The notes under the pieces were generated by a model that ran no database searches, was not told the origin of the DNA, and saw only the letters and a list, made by a program, of their open reading frames with translations. From the NCBI GenBank assembly GCA_963833985.1, contig CAWIAD010000002.1:1184001-1248000 (forward strand): 64,000 bases of DNA. Direction: 5' to 3'. Source of the DNA: an uncultured Planctomycetaceae bacterium. Its GTDB lineage: Bacteria > Planctomycetota > Planctomycetia > Isosphaerales > Isosphaeraceae. Below, one piece after another: positions 52,220-61,458 of this stretch. Made by a program: the position numbers and the translations under genes. Each line of letters begins with the position of its first letter. Position 1 is the stretch's first letter.

Positions 52220-52465
52220 TCATTGGTAAATAGACTCATCCATTGACACGACGTCAGCCGCGTAAAGCATGGCGGCGCGAAGATGTTCGGGTTTCAGGGT
52301 GGGGTACTGATCGAGCAGGGCTTCGTGAGTCATGCCGGCTCCGATCTGCTTCAAGATGAACTCGACGGTGAGGCGGGTTCCCTTGAAAACGGGCTTGCCC
52401 ACCATCACGTCCTTGCGTTCCTCAATATAATCCTGCCACTTCAGTGCCATGAAATCGCTCCCCAT
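52220..52465 (-). CDS. DUF433 domain protein (antitoxin-like)
   Basis: VMVGKPVFKGTRLTVEFIL...GMTHEALLDQYPTL...AAMLYA. Confidence 0.93.
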   Translation of the reverse strand: MGSDFMALKWQDYIEERKDVMVGKPVFKGTRLTVEFILKQIGAGMTHEALLDQYPTLKPEHLRAAMLYAADVVSMDESIYQ

Positions 52466-52634
52466 CGGCTCCGTGTCTGCACGATCCCTTGACCTTCATC
52501 CTCTGCCGGGCCGCCTGCTTCTGGACGTTCATCTCGTGCCGGTCGTTCCCCCCGCTTCCCCTTGAAGATACTGCCGGGCCAGAACCCAATACCGTTGAAA
52601 TTGCGATAAGTTGAGTGCAGGCAGAGGTTTGCTC

Positions 52635-52660
52635 CTCGTTCCCACGCTCCGCGTGGGAAC
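52635..52660. repeat. REP-like palindrome
   Basis: CTCGTTCCCACGCTCCGCGTGGGAAC, with GTTCCCACGC/GCGTGGGAAC stem; intergenic. Confidence 0.6.
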
Positions 52661-52743
52661 AAGTCTGTCGCAAGCCGCTTGCCCCTTTTCGTTAACGCTA
52701 TTTCAACGGTATTGGGCCAGAACCAGAATCACCATGGTCGTTC

Positions 52744-54166
52744 TCAAGTTCGGAGCAGTTGAGGGTACCGCTCGTGGACCGTCAGGATCAATTCTCCGAA
52801 CAGCGTGTTGGCCCAGGCGAACCAGGAACGCGTGTATTTGCTTGCGTCGTCCTTGGAGAAGGACTCGTGCATGAATCCGGTCCCGGCGTGCGTCTGCTTG
52901 AGCATGGTCAGGCAGCGGGCCACTTCCGGTTCGGACCGGCTCGTCAGGGCGCGCATGATGATCCCCAGCGGCCAGATCATGTCGAGCCCCGAGTGCGGTC
53001 CGCCGAGCCCCTCCGCGGCAGTCCCGCGGAAGAAGTACGGATTATCGTCGCTGAGAACCCAGGCCCGGGTCCGGACGTAGATCGGGTCATCCGCCGCACA
53101 GCACCCCAGGTAGGGCAGCGACAGGAGGTTGGGAACGTTGGCGTCGTCCATGAAGAGCTGGTTGCCGAACCCGTCCACCTCGTAGGCGTAGACCTCGCCC
53201 CCCTTGCGCTGGGCTCGCCCGTGGGTGTGAATGGCATCGCGAACCTGGTCAGCCAGCTCCTGACACTCGCGCGAACGACTTGTTACTCAATTCCGCGGTG
53301 GAGATCTCCCGGAGCTGCTCGAGCGTCGTGACCGCGAAGAGGTTGGAAGGGATCAAGAACGGAAAGATGCAGGCGTCATCCGACGGGCGGAAGCCGGAGT
53401 GGATCAGGCCGCACGGGCGCGTGGGGTTCCCGTAGCCTTGCTGGGGTAGCGAGTCCGTCGGGTTCGCCGTCTCGCGCTGGAATGTGTAGGGGCCGCGGTT
53501 CTTCAGCCGCTGTTGTTCACGGAACGTCTGGACGATGAGCGCCGCAGCCTTTTGCCAATCGCCGTCAAAGTGTGAGGCATCGCCCGTGGTCTTCCAGTAT
53601 CCGTGGGCCAGGCGGACGGGGTAGCAGAGCGAATCGATCTCCCACTTCCGCTCGTGCAGCTCGGGCCGCATGCGAGTGTGGTCCTTCGCCCACGGGCTGC
53701 CGGTCGGCCCGTCGTTGAAGGCGTTGGCATAGGGGTCGATCAGGATGCACCGGGTCTGCCGGTGGATCACGCCGGCGATCAAGGTCGCCAGCGCGCGGTC
53801 TTCCTTCGCCAGCGGCAGATAGGGCCACACCTGCGCAGTGGAGTCGCGCAGCCACATGGCGCTGATGTCGCCGGTGATCACGAAGGTGTCTGGGTTGCCA
53901 GCGCGCCCGCCGGTCCGCACGGTGGTATCAAGGGTGTTCGGGAAACAGTTCTCGAACAGCCAGGCCAGCTCCGGATCGGAGATCGCCTTCTTGACCTCCA
54001 CAATGCTTGCCTCGACGGCTTTGCTCACGAACCTCCGCTCGGAATCAGGGGGCCTGCGGCTTTGCAGAGGAACGGACCGCTGCGAGCCAGCGGAAGCCCG
54101 TAGCGGAACGGAGAGCGGGGTCGCCACGGCTGCTGTGAGCCGGAGGAAGGATCGTCGCGTATGCAT
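52744..54166 (-). CDS. GH125 exo-alpha-1,6-mannosidase with Tat-like signal; frameshift near 53270
   Basis: MHTRRSFLR; FENCFPNTLDTT, TGDISAMWLRDS, ERKWEIDSL, FRPSDDA, then YAYEVDGFG...MDDANVP...MHESF...FAWAN. Confidence 0.92.
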
Positions 54167-54640
54167 GAGAAGCTCGCAGGGGCACCGTTTGCGCGGTGGC
54201 TGGCCCGCGCCACGTTCGGCGATTGCGGAACCAGGCCAGCCGGTGCAGCTTCCTCTCTCTATATACGAACCCGCCGGTGTTGTCCACGGTGCGGGTGCGG
54301 GAGGCCGCGACCGGACCGGTCCGTTCAGAGCCTCTGGGGCCGGGGCACGCGCCGGCCCGCGGGTGCCGGCAGCCACTTGTTTGCACCCTGCGGCTCCCAG
54401 CATAATGCTTGAGGGTGCTCGGACGGGCGTCTTCATCAAGCCGGATACGCCGTGTTGTGCGTGTCAATTTGGCACATGAGAAAATCCATGAGAGACGCGG
54501 CGCAGGGGTTGCTGGCGCTCCCCGTGGGGTGCCCGCGCAGGGAGAAGACTCCCGGGAGAGCCGACGGTAGCACGCTGTGAAGCTGCTCCGGCCATGGTAA
54601 AACTCTGAAGAGCGGAATCGTTTTCCAGCGCTCGAGAGGC

Positions 54641-55825
54641 TTGCCGATGCGAGTGAAGACACTACCGATCTTTCTGGCGTTCTTCCTGATGGGCCTGGCC
54701 GACGCCATGGGACCGAACGCCGAGAAGATGAAAACGGCCTACGAGCTGAGCAACTGGCAGTCGACGCTGGTCTCGTTCTCGGTGTTCATCGCGTTCGCCG
54801 TGTGCAGCGTTCCCGGCGGCGTCCTGGCGGCTCGCATCGGCAAGAAAAGGCTGTTGTTGCTGGGCCTGGGGCTGAACGCGCTGGCGCTGGTGCTGCCGTC
54901 GATCCTGGCACCCCCGTTCATGGTCGTGCTCGGGTGCATCTTCTTGCTCGGCGTGGGGACGACCTTCCTTCAGGTCGCAGGCAACCCCATCATGAGGGAC
55001 GTGAGCCCCGAGGGCGCGTACAGCCGGAACCTGGCCCTGGCCCAGGGCATCAAGGGCCTTGGCAGCGCGGCTTCCACCTACATCGTGCTGGCCATCAGCT
55101 CTCTTGCCTTTTTTCACAGCATGAACTGGCGCGGCGCCTTTCCCCTGTTTTGCGTGCTGATGACGCTGGCCTTCGTTGCCGTGCTCTTCTTGAAGGTCGA
55201 GGAAACCAGGGTGGAAGAGCCGCCGAGCATTGGCTCGAGCCTGGCGCTGCTTGGCGAGCCGATCTTCCTGCTGGCCGTCGTCGGCATCTTCCTCTATGTG
55301 GGGGCCGAGGCGTCGATGGGGCGGTTCCTGCAACCGACCCTCCAGGGTTTCGGCCTGGACATGGACACCGCCGCTTTCTGGGGCCCCACCGTTTTCTTCC
55401 TGACGTTGACCGTGGGCCGGCTGCTGGGAAGCGCCTTGCTGACCGTCATGTCACCGCGGACCTGCTTCCGAGGGTCTGCCTTGCTGGGCGTTCTGGGGGC
55501 GGCCGCCCTGATGAGCGGGTCGAAGTGGCTCTCCATGGCCGGCGTGCTGGCGGCGGGTCTGGGCTTCGCCAACATCTGGCCGATGCTCTTTTCGATCACG
55601 GTGGAGGAGAGACCCGACCGCGCCAACGAGCTGAGCGGCCTGATGTGCATGGCCATCTCGGGTGGCGCCATTGTGCCCCTGGTGATGGGCGGCCTGCTGG
55701 ACCTGAAGCTCGGAGCGCTGGCTTATATCGTCCCCACCGGCTGTTTCGCGTACCTGCTGCTGCTGTCGCTGCGCGGTGGTAATCCGGCGCCCGCGGCTGC
55801 CCCGGAACCCGCGCAAGCGGTGTGA
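54641..55825 (+). CDS. MFS sugar permease (FucP/GluP-like)
   Basis: About 12 hydrophobic helices; LQVAGNP, GIFLYVGAE and MAISGGAIVP. Confidence 0.92.
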   Translation: MPMRVKTLPIFLAFFLMGLADAMGPNAEKMKTAYELSNWQSTLVSFSVFIAFAVCSVPGGVLAARIGKKRLLLLGLGLNALALVLPSILAPPFMVVLGCIFLLGVGTTFLQVAGNPIMRDVSPEGAYSRNLALAQGIKGLGSAASTYIVLAISSLAFFHSMNWRGAFPLFCVLMTLAFVAVLFLKVEETRVEEPPSIGSSLALLGEPIFLLAVVGIFLYVGAEASMGRFLQPTLQGFGLDMDTAAFWGPTVFFLTLTVGRLLGSALLTVMSPRTCFRGSALLGVLGAAALMSGSKWLSMAGVLAAGLGFANIWPMLFSITVEERPDRANELSGLMCMAISGGAIVPLVMGGLLDLKLGALAYIVPTGCFAYLLLLSLRGGNPAPAAAPEPAQAV

Positions 55826-55841
55826 GCTCACGGAGACCTTC

Positions 55842-56957
55842 ATGAGCCAGAGTAACGACCGTCGCGTCGTCATGACTCTCGACGCCGGCGGGACCAACTT
55901 CCGGTTCTGCGGCATGCAGGGGCAGAAGCCGGTGACCGAGACCGTCGCGCTGCCGTCGGACGGCGATCGACTGGATCAGTGCCTGTCGAACATCGCCCTG
56001 GGCTTCGCGCGCACCAGGGACCTCTGCCCCGAGCCGCCCGTTGCCATCAGCTTCGCCTTCCCCGCACCGGCCGACTACCCGGCCGGCATCATCGGCGACC
56101 TGCTGAACCTGCCCGGCTTCCGCGGGGGCGTGGCCCTGGGGCCCATGCTCGAGGACCGGTTCCAGGTCCCCGTCTTCATCAACAATGACGGCGACCTCTT
56201 CGTTTACGGCGAGGCCATCGCCGGTTTCCTGCCCTACGTCAACGGCATGCTGGAACAGGCGGGGAGTCCCAAGCGGTACAGGAACCTGTTCGGCGTGACG
56301 CTTGGCACCGGCTTCGGCGGCGGGATTGTCCGCAACGGCGAGCTGTTCATTGGCGACAATTCCATGGCCGGAGAGGTCTGGCTGCTGCGGAACAAGCGGG
56401 ACCCCGCGATGAACGCCGAGGAGGGGGCGAGCATCCGCGCGGTGCGGCGCGTGTTCGCCGAGCAGTCGGGTATCCCATTCGAGCAGGCACCGGAGCCAAG
56501 GGTGATTTTCGAGATCGGCATGGGTCATGCGCCGGGTGACCGTGCGGCCGCTGTCGAGGCGTTCCGCCAGATGGGCGAGGTCGTCGGCGATGCGATGGCC
56601 AACGCGCTGACGCTCACCGACAGCCTGGCGGTCATCGGCGGCGGCGTCGCGGGTGCCTGGCCGCTCTTCCTGCCGGCGGTCGTGAATGAACTCAACAGCA
56701 CGTACACGGGCCTCGATGGTCGTCACTTCAGCCGGCTGGCAGCCCGGGCCTTCAATCTTGAAGATGCGGACCAGCGGGAAAAGCTCCTGAAGGGAGACGT
56801 ACGCCAGATCACAGTCCCCGGCGGAACCCGCACGTTGCAGTACGATCCGCTGCCGCGCATTGGCATCGGTATGACACGCCTTGGCACGAGCGAGGCCGTC
56901 GCTGTGGGCGCGTGCGCCTTCGCCCTGCGCCAGCTCGACCAGCGCGGGCCGCGGTGA
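55842..56957 (+). CDS. ROK family sugar kinase
   Basis: TLDAGGTN, PVFINNDG and TLGTGFGGG...GE. Confidence 0.92.
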   Translation: MSQSNDRRVVMTLDAGGTNFRFCGMQGQKPVTETVALPSDGDRLDQCLSNIALGFARTRDLCPEPPVAISFAFPAPADYPAGIIGDLLNLPGFRGGVALGPMLEDRFQVPVFINNDGDLFVYGEAIAGFLPYVNGMLEQAGSPKRYRNLFGVTLGTGFGGGIVRNGELFIGDNSMAGEVWLLRNKRDPAMNAEEGASIRAVRRVFAEQSGIPFEQAPEPRVIFEIGMGHAPGDRAAAVEAFRQMGEVVGDAMANALTLTDSLAVIGGGVAGAWPLFLPAVVNELNSTYTGLDGRHFSRLAARAFNLEDADQREKLLKGDVRQITVPGGTRTLQYDPLPRIGIGMTRLGTSEAVAVGACAFALRQLDQRGPR

Positions 56958-57013
56958 GAAATCAACACTTTTCTGAGGCTCGTCATCCACGAGCAGCCCT
57001 TGAGGAACAAATC

Positions 57014-59281
57014 ATGACACGCCTCGCCGACAAGACCGCTGGTATCGTTGGTATTGCCCTGTTCCTGCTTTCGACAGCGTGCCTGGGTGCGAGCCCGGCC
57101 GACCACGTCAAGCCGCTGATCGGCACCGACGGCCACGGGCACGTCTTCCCCGGCCCGACGCTCCCCTTCGGCATGATGCAGCTTTCGCCGGACACGCGCG
57201 ACGAATCCTGGGATGGCTGCTCCGGCTATCACTATTCCGATACCAGCATCCTCGGGTTCTCCCACAACCACCTGAGCGGCACAGGGTGTGGAGACCTGGG
57301 CAACGTGCTGCTCATGCCGACCGTCGGGGCACTGAAGCTTGAGGCCGGCAGCAAGCCCGGCGAGGGCTATCGCGCCGCCTTCTCTCACGACCAGGAGGAA
57401 GCCCGCCCGGGCTACTACCGGGTACTGCTGCCAAAATTAAAGATCAACGTCGAGCTGACCGCCACGCTGCGCGCGGGCCTGCACCGCTACACCTTCCCGC
57501 AAACCGACGATGCACACGTCATCCTGGACCTCTGGCACGGCATCAGCAATCGCCCGACCTCTTCGCAGATCACCATCGCCGACGACCATACCGTGACCGG
57601 ATTCCGCCGTAGCGACGGTTGGGGTGGCGACAAGGTCTTCTACTTCGTCATCGAGTTCTCACGCCCGTTCGACAGCGCCGGCCTGGCATCCGACCACAAG
57701 CCCACAGAGGGCAAGCAAGCCACGGGCCGGAACCTGCAAGCTCATTTCGACTTCAAGACCCGGGCCGGCGAGGCGATCCTGGCCAGGGCCGCACTCTCGA
57801 CGGTGAGCGTCGAGGGAGCCCGCAAGAATCTTCAGGCCGAGCTGCCCGGCTGGGATTTCGACGCCGTCGCCGTGGCCGCCCGGACTGCCTGGGACCGTGT
57901 CCTCGGCGCCGTTCAGGTTGAGTCCAGCGATCACAACTTCAAGGAAACCTTTTACACGGCCGTCTACCACACCTTGGTGGCTCCCACGGTCCTGAACGAC
58001 GTTGACGGCCAGGTCCGCGGCCCCGATGGCCGGGTGCACGCCGTCAAGGGGTTCGACTATTACACCGAGCTGTCGTTCTGGGACACGTTCCGCGCCGAGC
58101 ACCCGCTCTTGACCCTGGTGCAGCCGAACCGCGTCAACGACTTCGTGAAGACTTGCCTGGCACACTACCGGTTCACGAGCCCGGACGCCCGCTACTTGCC
58201 GGTCTGGGCCAACGGCGGCAAGGAGACCAACTGCATGATCGGCAACCACTCGATCCCCGTGATTGCCGATGCCTACCTCAAGGGCTTCCGCGATTGGGAC
58301 GCCGGCGAGGCCCTGGCCGACATGATCGCCACCACCAGCCTGAACCGCGAATTCCTCGATTCCTACCGGGACAAGGGCTACGTGGTGCAGCGGAAGGACG
58401 AACAGAGCGCCGCCAAGACGCTGGAATACTGTTACGACGATATCTGTATCGCACGGATGGCCCGCGCGATGGGGAAGACCGAGGTGGCCAGGGCGTATGA
58501 AAAGCGGGCGGGGAACTGGCAGAACGTCCTGGATCGGGAGACAGGCTTCATGCGGAGCCGCGATGCCGCAGGCGCCTGGGTCCGGCCCTTCGATCCAAAA
58601 CGGATCGACATGTCCAGCTATACTGAGGCCAACGCCTGGCACTACGAGTTCTTCGTCCCGCACCAGGTTCCCAGCCTGATCGAGAAGCTCGGCGGCGACG
58701 CCAGGTTCCTCGCGAGGCTGGACGAGATGTTCGACCCCGACCAGAAGATCCCCAACTCTCTGCAAGACATCACCGGCGTCATCGGCATGTACTCGCACGG
58801 GAACGAGCCGTGCCACCACGTCGCCTACCTTTACAACTATGCGGGCCAGGCCTGGAAGACGCAGACCCTGGTGCGTCATGTGGCCGACACGCTGTACAAC
58901 AACACCAGCGCGGGCATCTGCGGCAACGACGATTGCGGTCAGACGTCGGCCTGGTTCGTCTTCACCGCCCTGGGATTCTACCCGGTCGACCCGGCCGACG
59001 GCGTCTATGTCATCGGCAGCCCGCTGGCCGACCAGGTCACGCTCAAACTGGACCCCGGCTACTACAAGGGCGGCAAGTTCACGGTCGTCGCCAGGGACAA
59101 CTCGCCCCGGAATGTGTACATCCAGTCGGCAACGCTCGACGGGCGGCCGTACACGCGGAGCTGGATCACTCACAATCAGATCGTCGCCGGCGGTACGCTG
59201 GAGTTGCAAATGGGCCCGAACCCCAACAAGAGCTGGGGCACCGCGCGTGAGGATCGGCCGGGCGTCTCTGGACAGCCGTGA
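57014..59281 (+). CDS. GH92 alpha-mannosidase
   Basis: IGTDGHGHVFPGPTLPFGMMQLSPDT, GFSHNHLSGTG, WDTFRA, YTEANAWHY, HGNEP and GNDDCGQTSAW. Confidence 0.96.
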   Translation: MTRLADKTAGIVGIALFLLSTACLGASPADHVKPLIGTDGHGHVFPGPTLPFGMMQLSPDTRDESWDGCSGYHYSDTSILGFSHNHLSGTGCGDLGNVLLMPTVGALKLEAGSKPGEGYRAAFSHDQEEARPGYYRVLLPKLKINVELTATLRAGLHRYTFPQTDDAHVILDLWHGISNRPTSSQITIADDHTVTGFRRSDGWGGDKVFYFVIEFSRPFDSAGLASDHKPTEGKQATGRNLQAHFDFKTRAGEAILARAALSTVSVEGARKNLQAELPGWDFDAVAVAARTAWDRVLGAVQVESSDHNFKETFYTAVYHTLVAPTVLNDVDGQVRGPDGRVHAVKGFDYYTELSFWDTFRAEHPLLTLVQPNRVNDFVKTCLAHYRFTSPDARYLPVWANGGKETNCMIGNHSIPVIADAYLKGFRDWDAGEALADMIATTSLNREFLDSYRDKGYVVQRKDEQSAAKTLEYCYDDICIARMARAMGKTEVARAYEKRAGNWQNVLDRETGFMRSRDAAGAWVRPFDPKRIDMSSYTEANAWHYEFFVPHQVPSLIEKLGGDARFLARLDEMFDPDQKIPNSLQDITGVIGMYSHGNEPCHHVAYLYNYAGQAWKTQTLVRHVADTLYNNTSAGICGNDDCGQTSAWFVFTALGFYPVDPADGVYVIGSPLADQVTLKLDPGYYKGGKFTVVARDNSPRNVYIQSATLDGRPYTRSWITHNQIVAGGTLELQMGPNPNKSWGTAREDRPGVSGQP

Positions 59282-59450
59282 CGAGCGGTAAGGCGTCAGG
59301 GCGAAGGCAAGAAATGCCTGTTGGGCCGGTGGTTCATCACCGTTTACTTATGGGGGATCGGCCCCCGGCGATGCTGAACCCCGGTAGCCGTTCCCTCAAC
59401 TCCCTGGTTCACCCATTGACACCGGCCAGGAGAGGACGTCTACTCTTTCG

Positions 59451-61046
59451 GTGCTCGAGGGCGCAGGTTGTGTCGAGTCGAAGGCTCTTCATTCTCACGT
59501 CCGGCGCGGCGCATGCCTGAAATCGTCGCATCGATTCGTCTGCATCGGATACGAAACCTTCATCGTTCGCGAAGATCCTGGCGCCGGCTCTGACCTATCT
59601 ACCGGCCGGGCTGAGAAGTTCTACAGGGAGCGGCCCTTGGCTTTTCCAGAGAAGGCGGCTGCGAGCCCTTTGGCAGAGAGTGATCAGCCCAGCGAACTGG
59701 TCCGTACCCCACTCCCTGGACCTTTGGGCAGCATGCTCCTCGAGCGGATGAAGACGCATCCTTGCCTGGCCGGCTATACGGATCCGATGCAGGCATCAGA
59801 GCGGGTCTTCCTGGCGAGCCAGCATGATGGTTATCTCTGGGATGTGGATGGGAATCGGTTCATCGACTTCGCCTCGGGCTGGGCGACGAACAACGTCGGG
59901 CACGCCCCGGCGGAGATTGTTGACGCTGCGTCCTCGGCATTACGCGAGCTGGGAGCGGTTTGTTGCACCCCGGGATTCGTGCCCTTCATCCGTTATGAAT
60001 TCGCGGAGAGGCTCCTCACGACCTTCCCCGCCCACCTGCGGCGCGTGGCCCTCTGTGCGACCGGAAGCGAGGCCGTGGAGGCGGCGACGAGATTCATGCG
60101 CGCCGCGACCGGGCGGCCGAATGTGCTGACCACCTACACCAACTTCCACGGGTTCTCCTATGCGGGACTGGCCGCGGGTCCATTCCATGCCCCGTGGCGC
60201 GACACGGCCACGCAGGCGATTCCCTTCTATCTTTACACGCCCTACGCCACCTGCGGGCGTTGTCCGCACCGACTCGATTACCCCTCGTGCGATCTCTGGT
60301 GCGTGCAAGCCATCGAGGAGTATCTGCTGCGTCACCAGGCCGCACCGGAGACCGTCGCCGGGATGATCGTGGAACCGGTGCAAGGTGAGGCCGGAGTCTG
60401 GGTGCCGCCCAGGGAGTATCTGCCCCGGCTGGAGAAACTCTGCCGGAAGTATGGCTGGCTCATGTGCGTCGACGAGGTGGAATGCGGGTTCGGGCGCTGC
60501 GGACGGATGTGGGCGTTCGAGTCGAGTGGCATCTTGCCCGATCTGGTAATCGTCGGCAAGGGCATCGGCGGGAGTCTGCTGCCGCTGGCGGCAGTCGTGG
60601 GGACGCCGGAGGTCATGGACCGAAGGGTCGTCTGGGGTAGCACCTACGCAGGCCAGCCGGCCGCCTGCGTGGCAGCCATCAAGGCCCTGGAGCGACTTCA
60701 GCGCGACGGCCTCGTGGAACGGTCCGCCCGGCTCGGCGCCGCCGGACTGGAGCGGCTTGGACGCTTGTGCGAGAGCAGCACCATCGTGGGCGCGGCCCGG
60801 GGGCAGGGGCTATTCCTGGGGCTGGAGCTGGTCAACGATCGCACCGGCAACATTCCCTCGCCGGAACTGGCACATCGGGTTTATGACGAGTGCCTCTCTC
60901 GTGGCCTGTGCCTGCTCTTTCTGTCCGTGACTCCCACCGTGCGTGTGGCACCTCCCCTGGATATCCCCGAAGATTTATTCTTCCGGGGTCTGGGCATCAT
61001 CGAGAACGTTATCCAAAACCTGCTTCCCGACGCGTATCATTCATGA
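59451..61046 (+). CDS. Class III PLP aminotransferase (GabT-like); true start probably around 59640-59730
   Basis: DVDGNRFIDF, TGSEAVE, FHG, EPVQGEAG, DEVECGFGRCG and PDLVIVGKGIG. Confidence 0.92.
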   Translation: MLEGAGCVESKALHSHVRRGACLKSSHRFVCIGYETFIVREDPGAGSDLSTGRAEKFYRERPLAFPEKAAASPLAESDQPSELVRTPLPGPLGSMLLERMKTHPCLAGYTDPMQASERVFLASQHDGYLWDVDGNRFIDFASGWATNNVGHAPAEIVDAASSALRELGAVCCTPGFVPFIRYEFAERLLTTFPAHLRRVALCATGSEAVEAATRFMRAATGRPNVLTTYTNFHGFSYAGLAAGPFHAPWRDTATQAIPFYLYTPYATCGRCPHRLDYPSCDLWCVQAIEEYLLRHQAAPETVAGMIVEPVQGEAGVWVPPREYLPRLEKLCRKYGWLMCVDEVECGFGRCGRMWAFESSGILPDLVIVGKGIGGSLLPLAAVVGTPEVMDRRVVWGSTYAGQPAACVAAIKALERLQRDGLVERSARLGAAGLERLGRLCESSTIVGAARGQGLFLGLELVNDRTGNIPSPELAHRVYDECLSRGLCLLFLSVTPTVRVAPPLDIPEDLFFRGLGIIENVIQNLLPDAYHS

Positions 61047-61429
61047 TCAACCACCCACATAAAGTCGATGTGCTTGGCAGGCATCTGGTTGCCGATCTGA
61101 GTGGGATCAGGCAAACGCTCCTGCTTGATCCGGACGAGATCATGAACGCGCTTGAGCGTGCCGTTTCCTCGGCGGGGTATCATGTCGTTGATCGTCTCAC
61201 ACATGTCTTCAGCGAGTTCGGGTGCGGCTTCACGGGTGTGCTGATCCTGGCCCAGTCCCACGCAATTGTCCACACGTACCCGGAGGCGTGCTACCTGGCC
61301 CTGGACATTTTCGGCTGTGGAACCCATGACCCGCACGTGGTCGTCAATCAACTGATCCATGAATTGGGACCTCAATCAACCTGCTCTCGAGAGCTTGTTC
61401 GAGCGCCTGCCACCAGCGAGTGTTCATAA
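61043..61429 (+). CDS. speD: Pyruvoyl-dependent S-adenosylmethionine decarboxylase-like proenzyme
   Basis: GRHLVADL, TGVLILAQSHAIVHTYPE and DIFGCG; ATGA overlap with the aminotransferase stop. Confidence 0.8.
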   Translation: MINHPHKVDVLGRHLVADLSGIRQTLLLDPDEIMNALERAVSSAGYHVVDRLTHVFSEFGCGFTGVLILAQSHAIVHTYPEACYLALDIFGCGTHDPHVVVNQLIHELGPQSTCSRELVRAPATSECS

Positions 61430-61458
61430 AGCCTTCTCGCATGGAATCGATCGTCTCG

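Noticed and set aside
50783..52470. DUF433-like repeats as the IS630 target-site duplication or composite transposon ends
   Set aside because: The IS has its own terminal inverted repeats and CTAG/TA ends; these repeats are imperfect and not adjacent to the IS termini.
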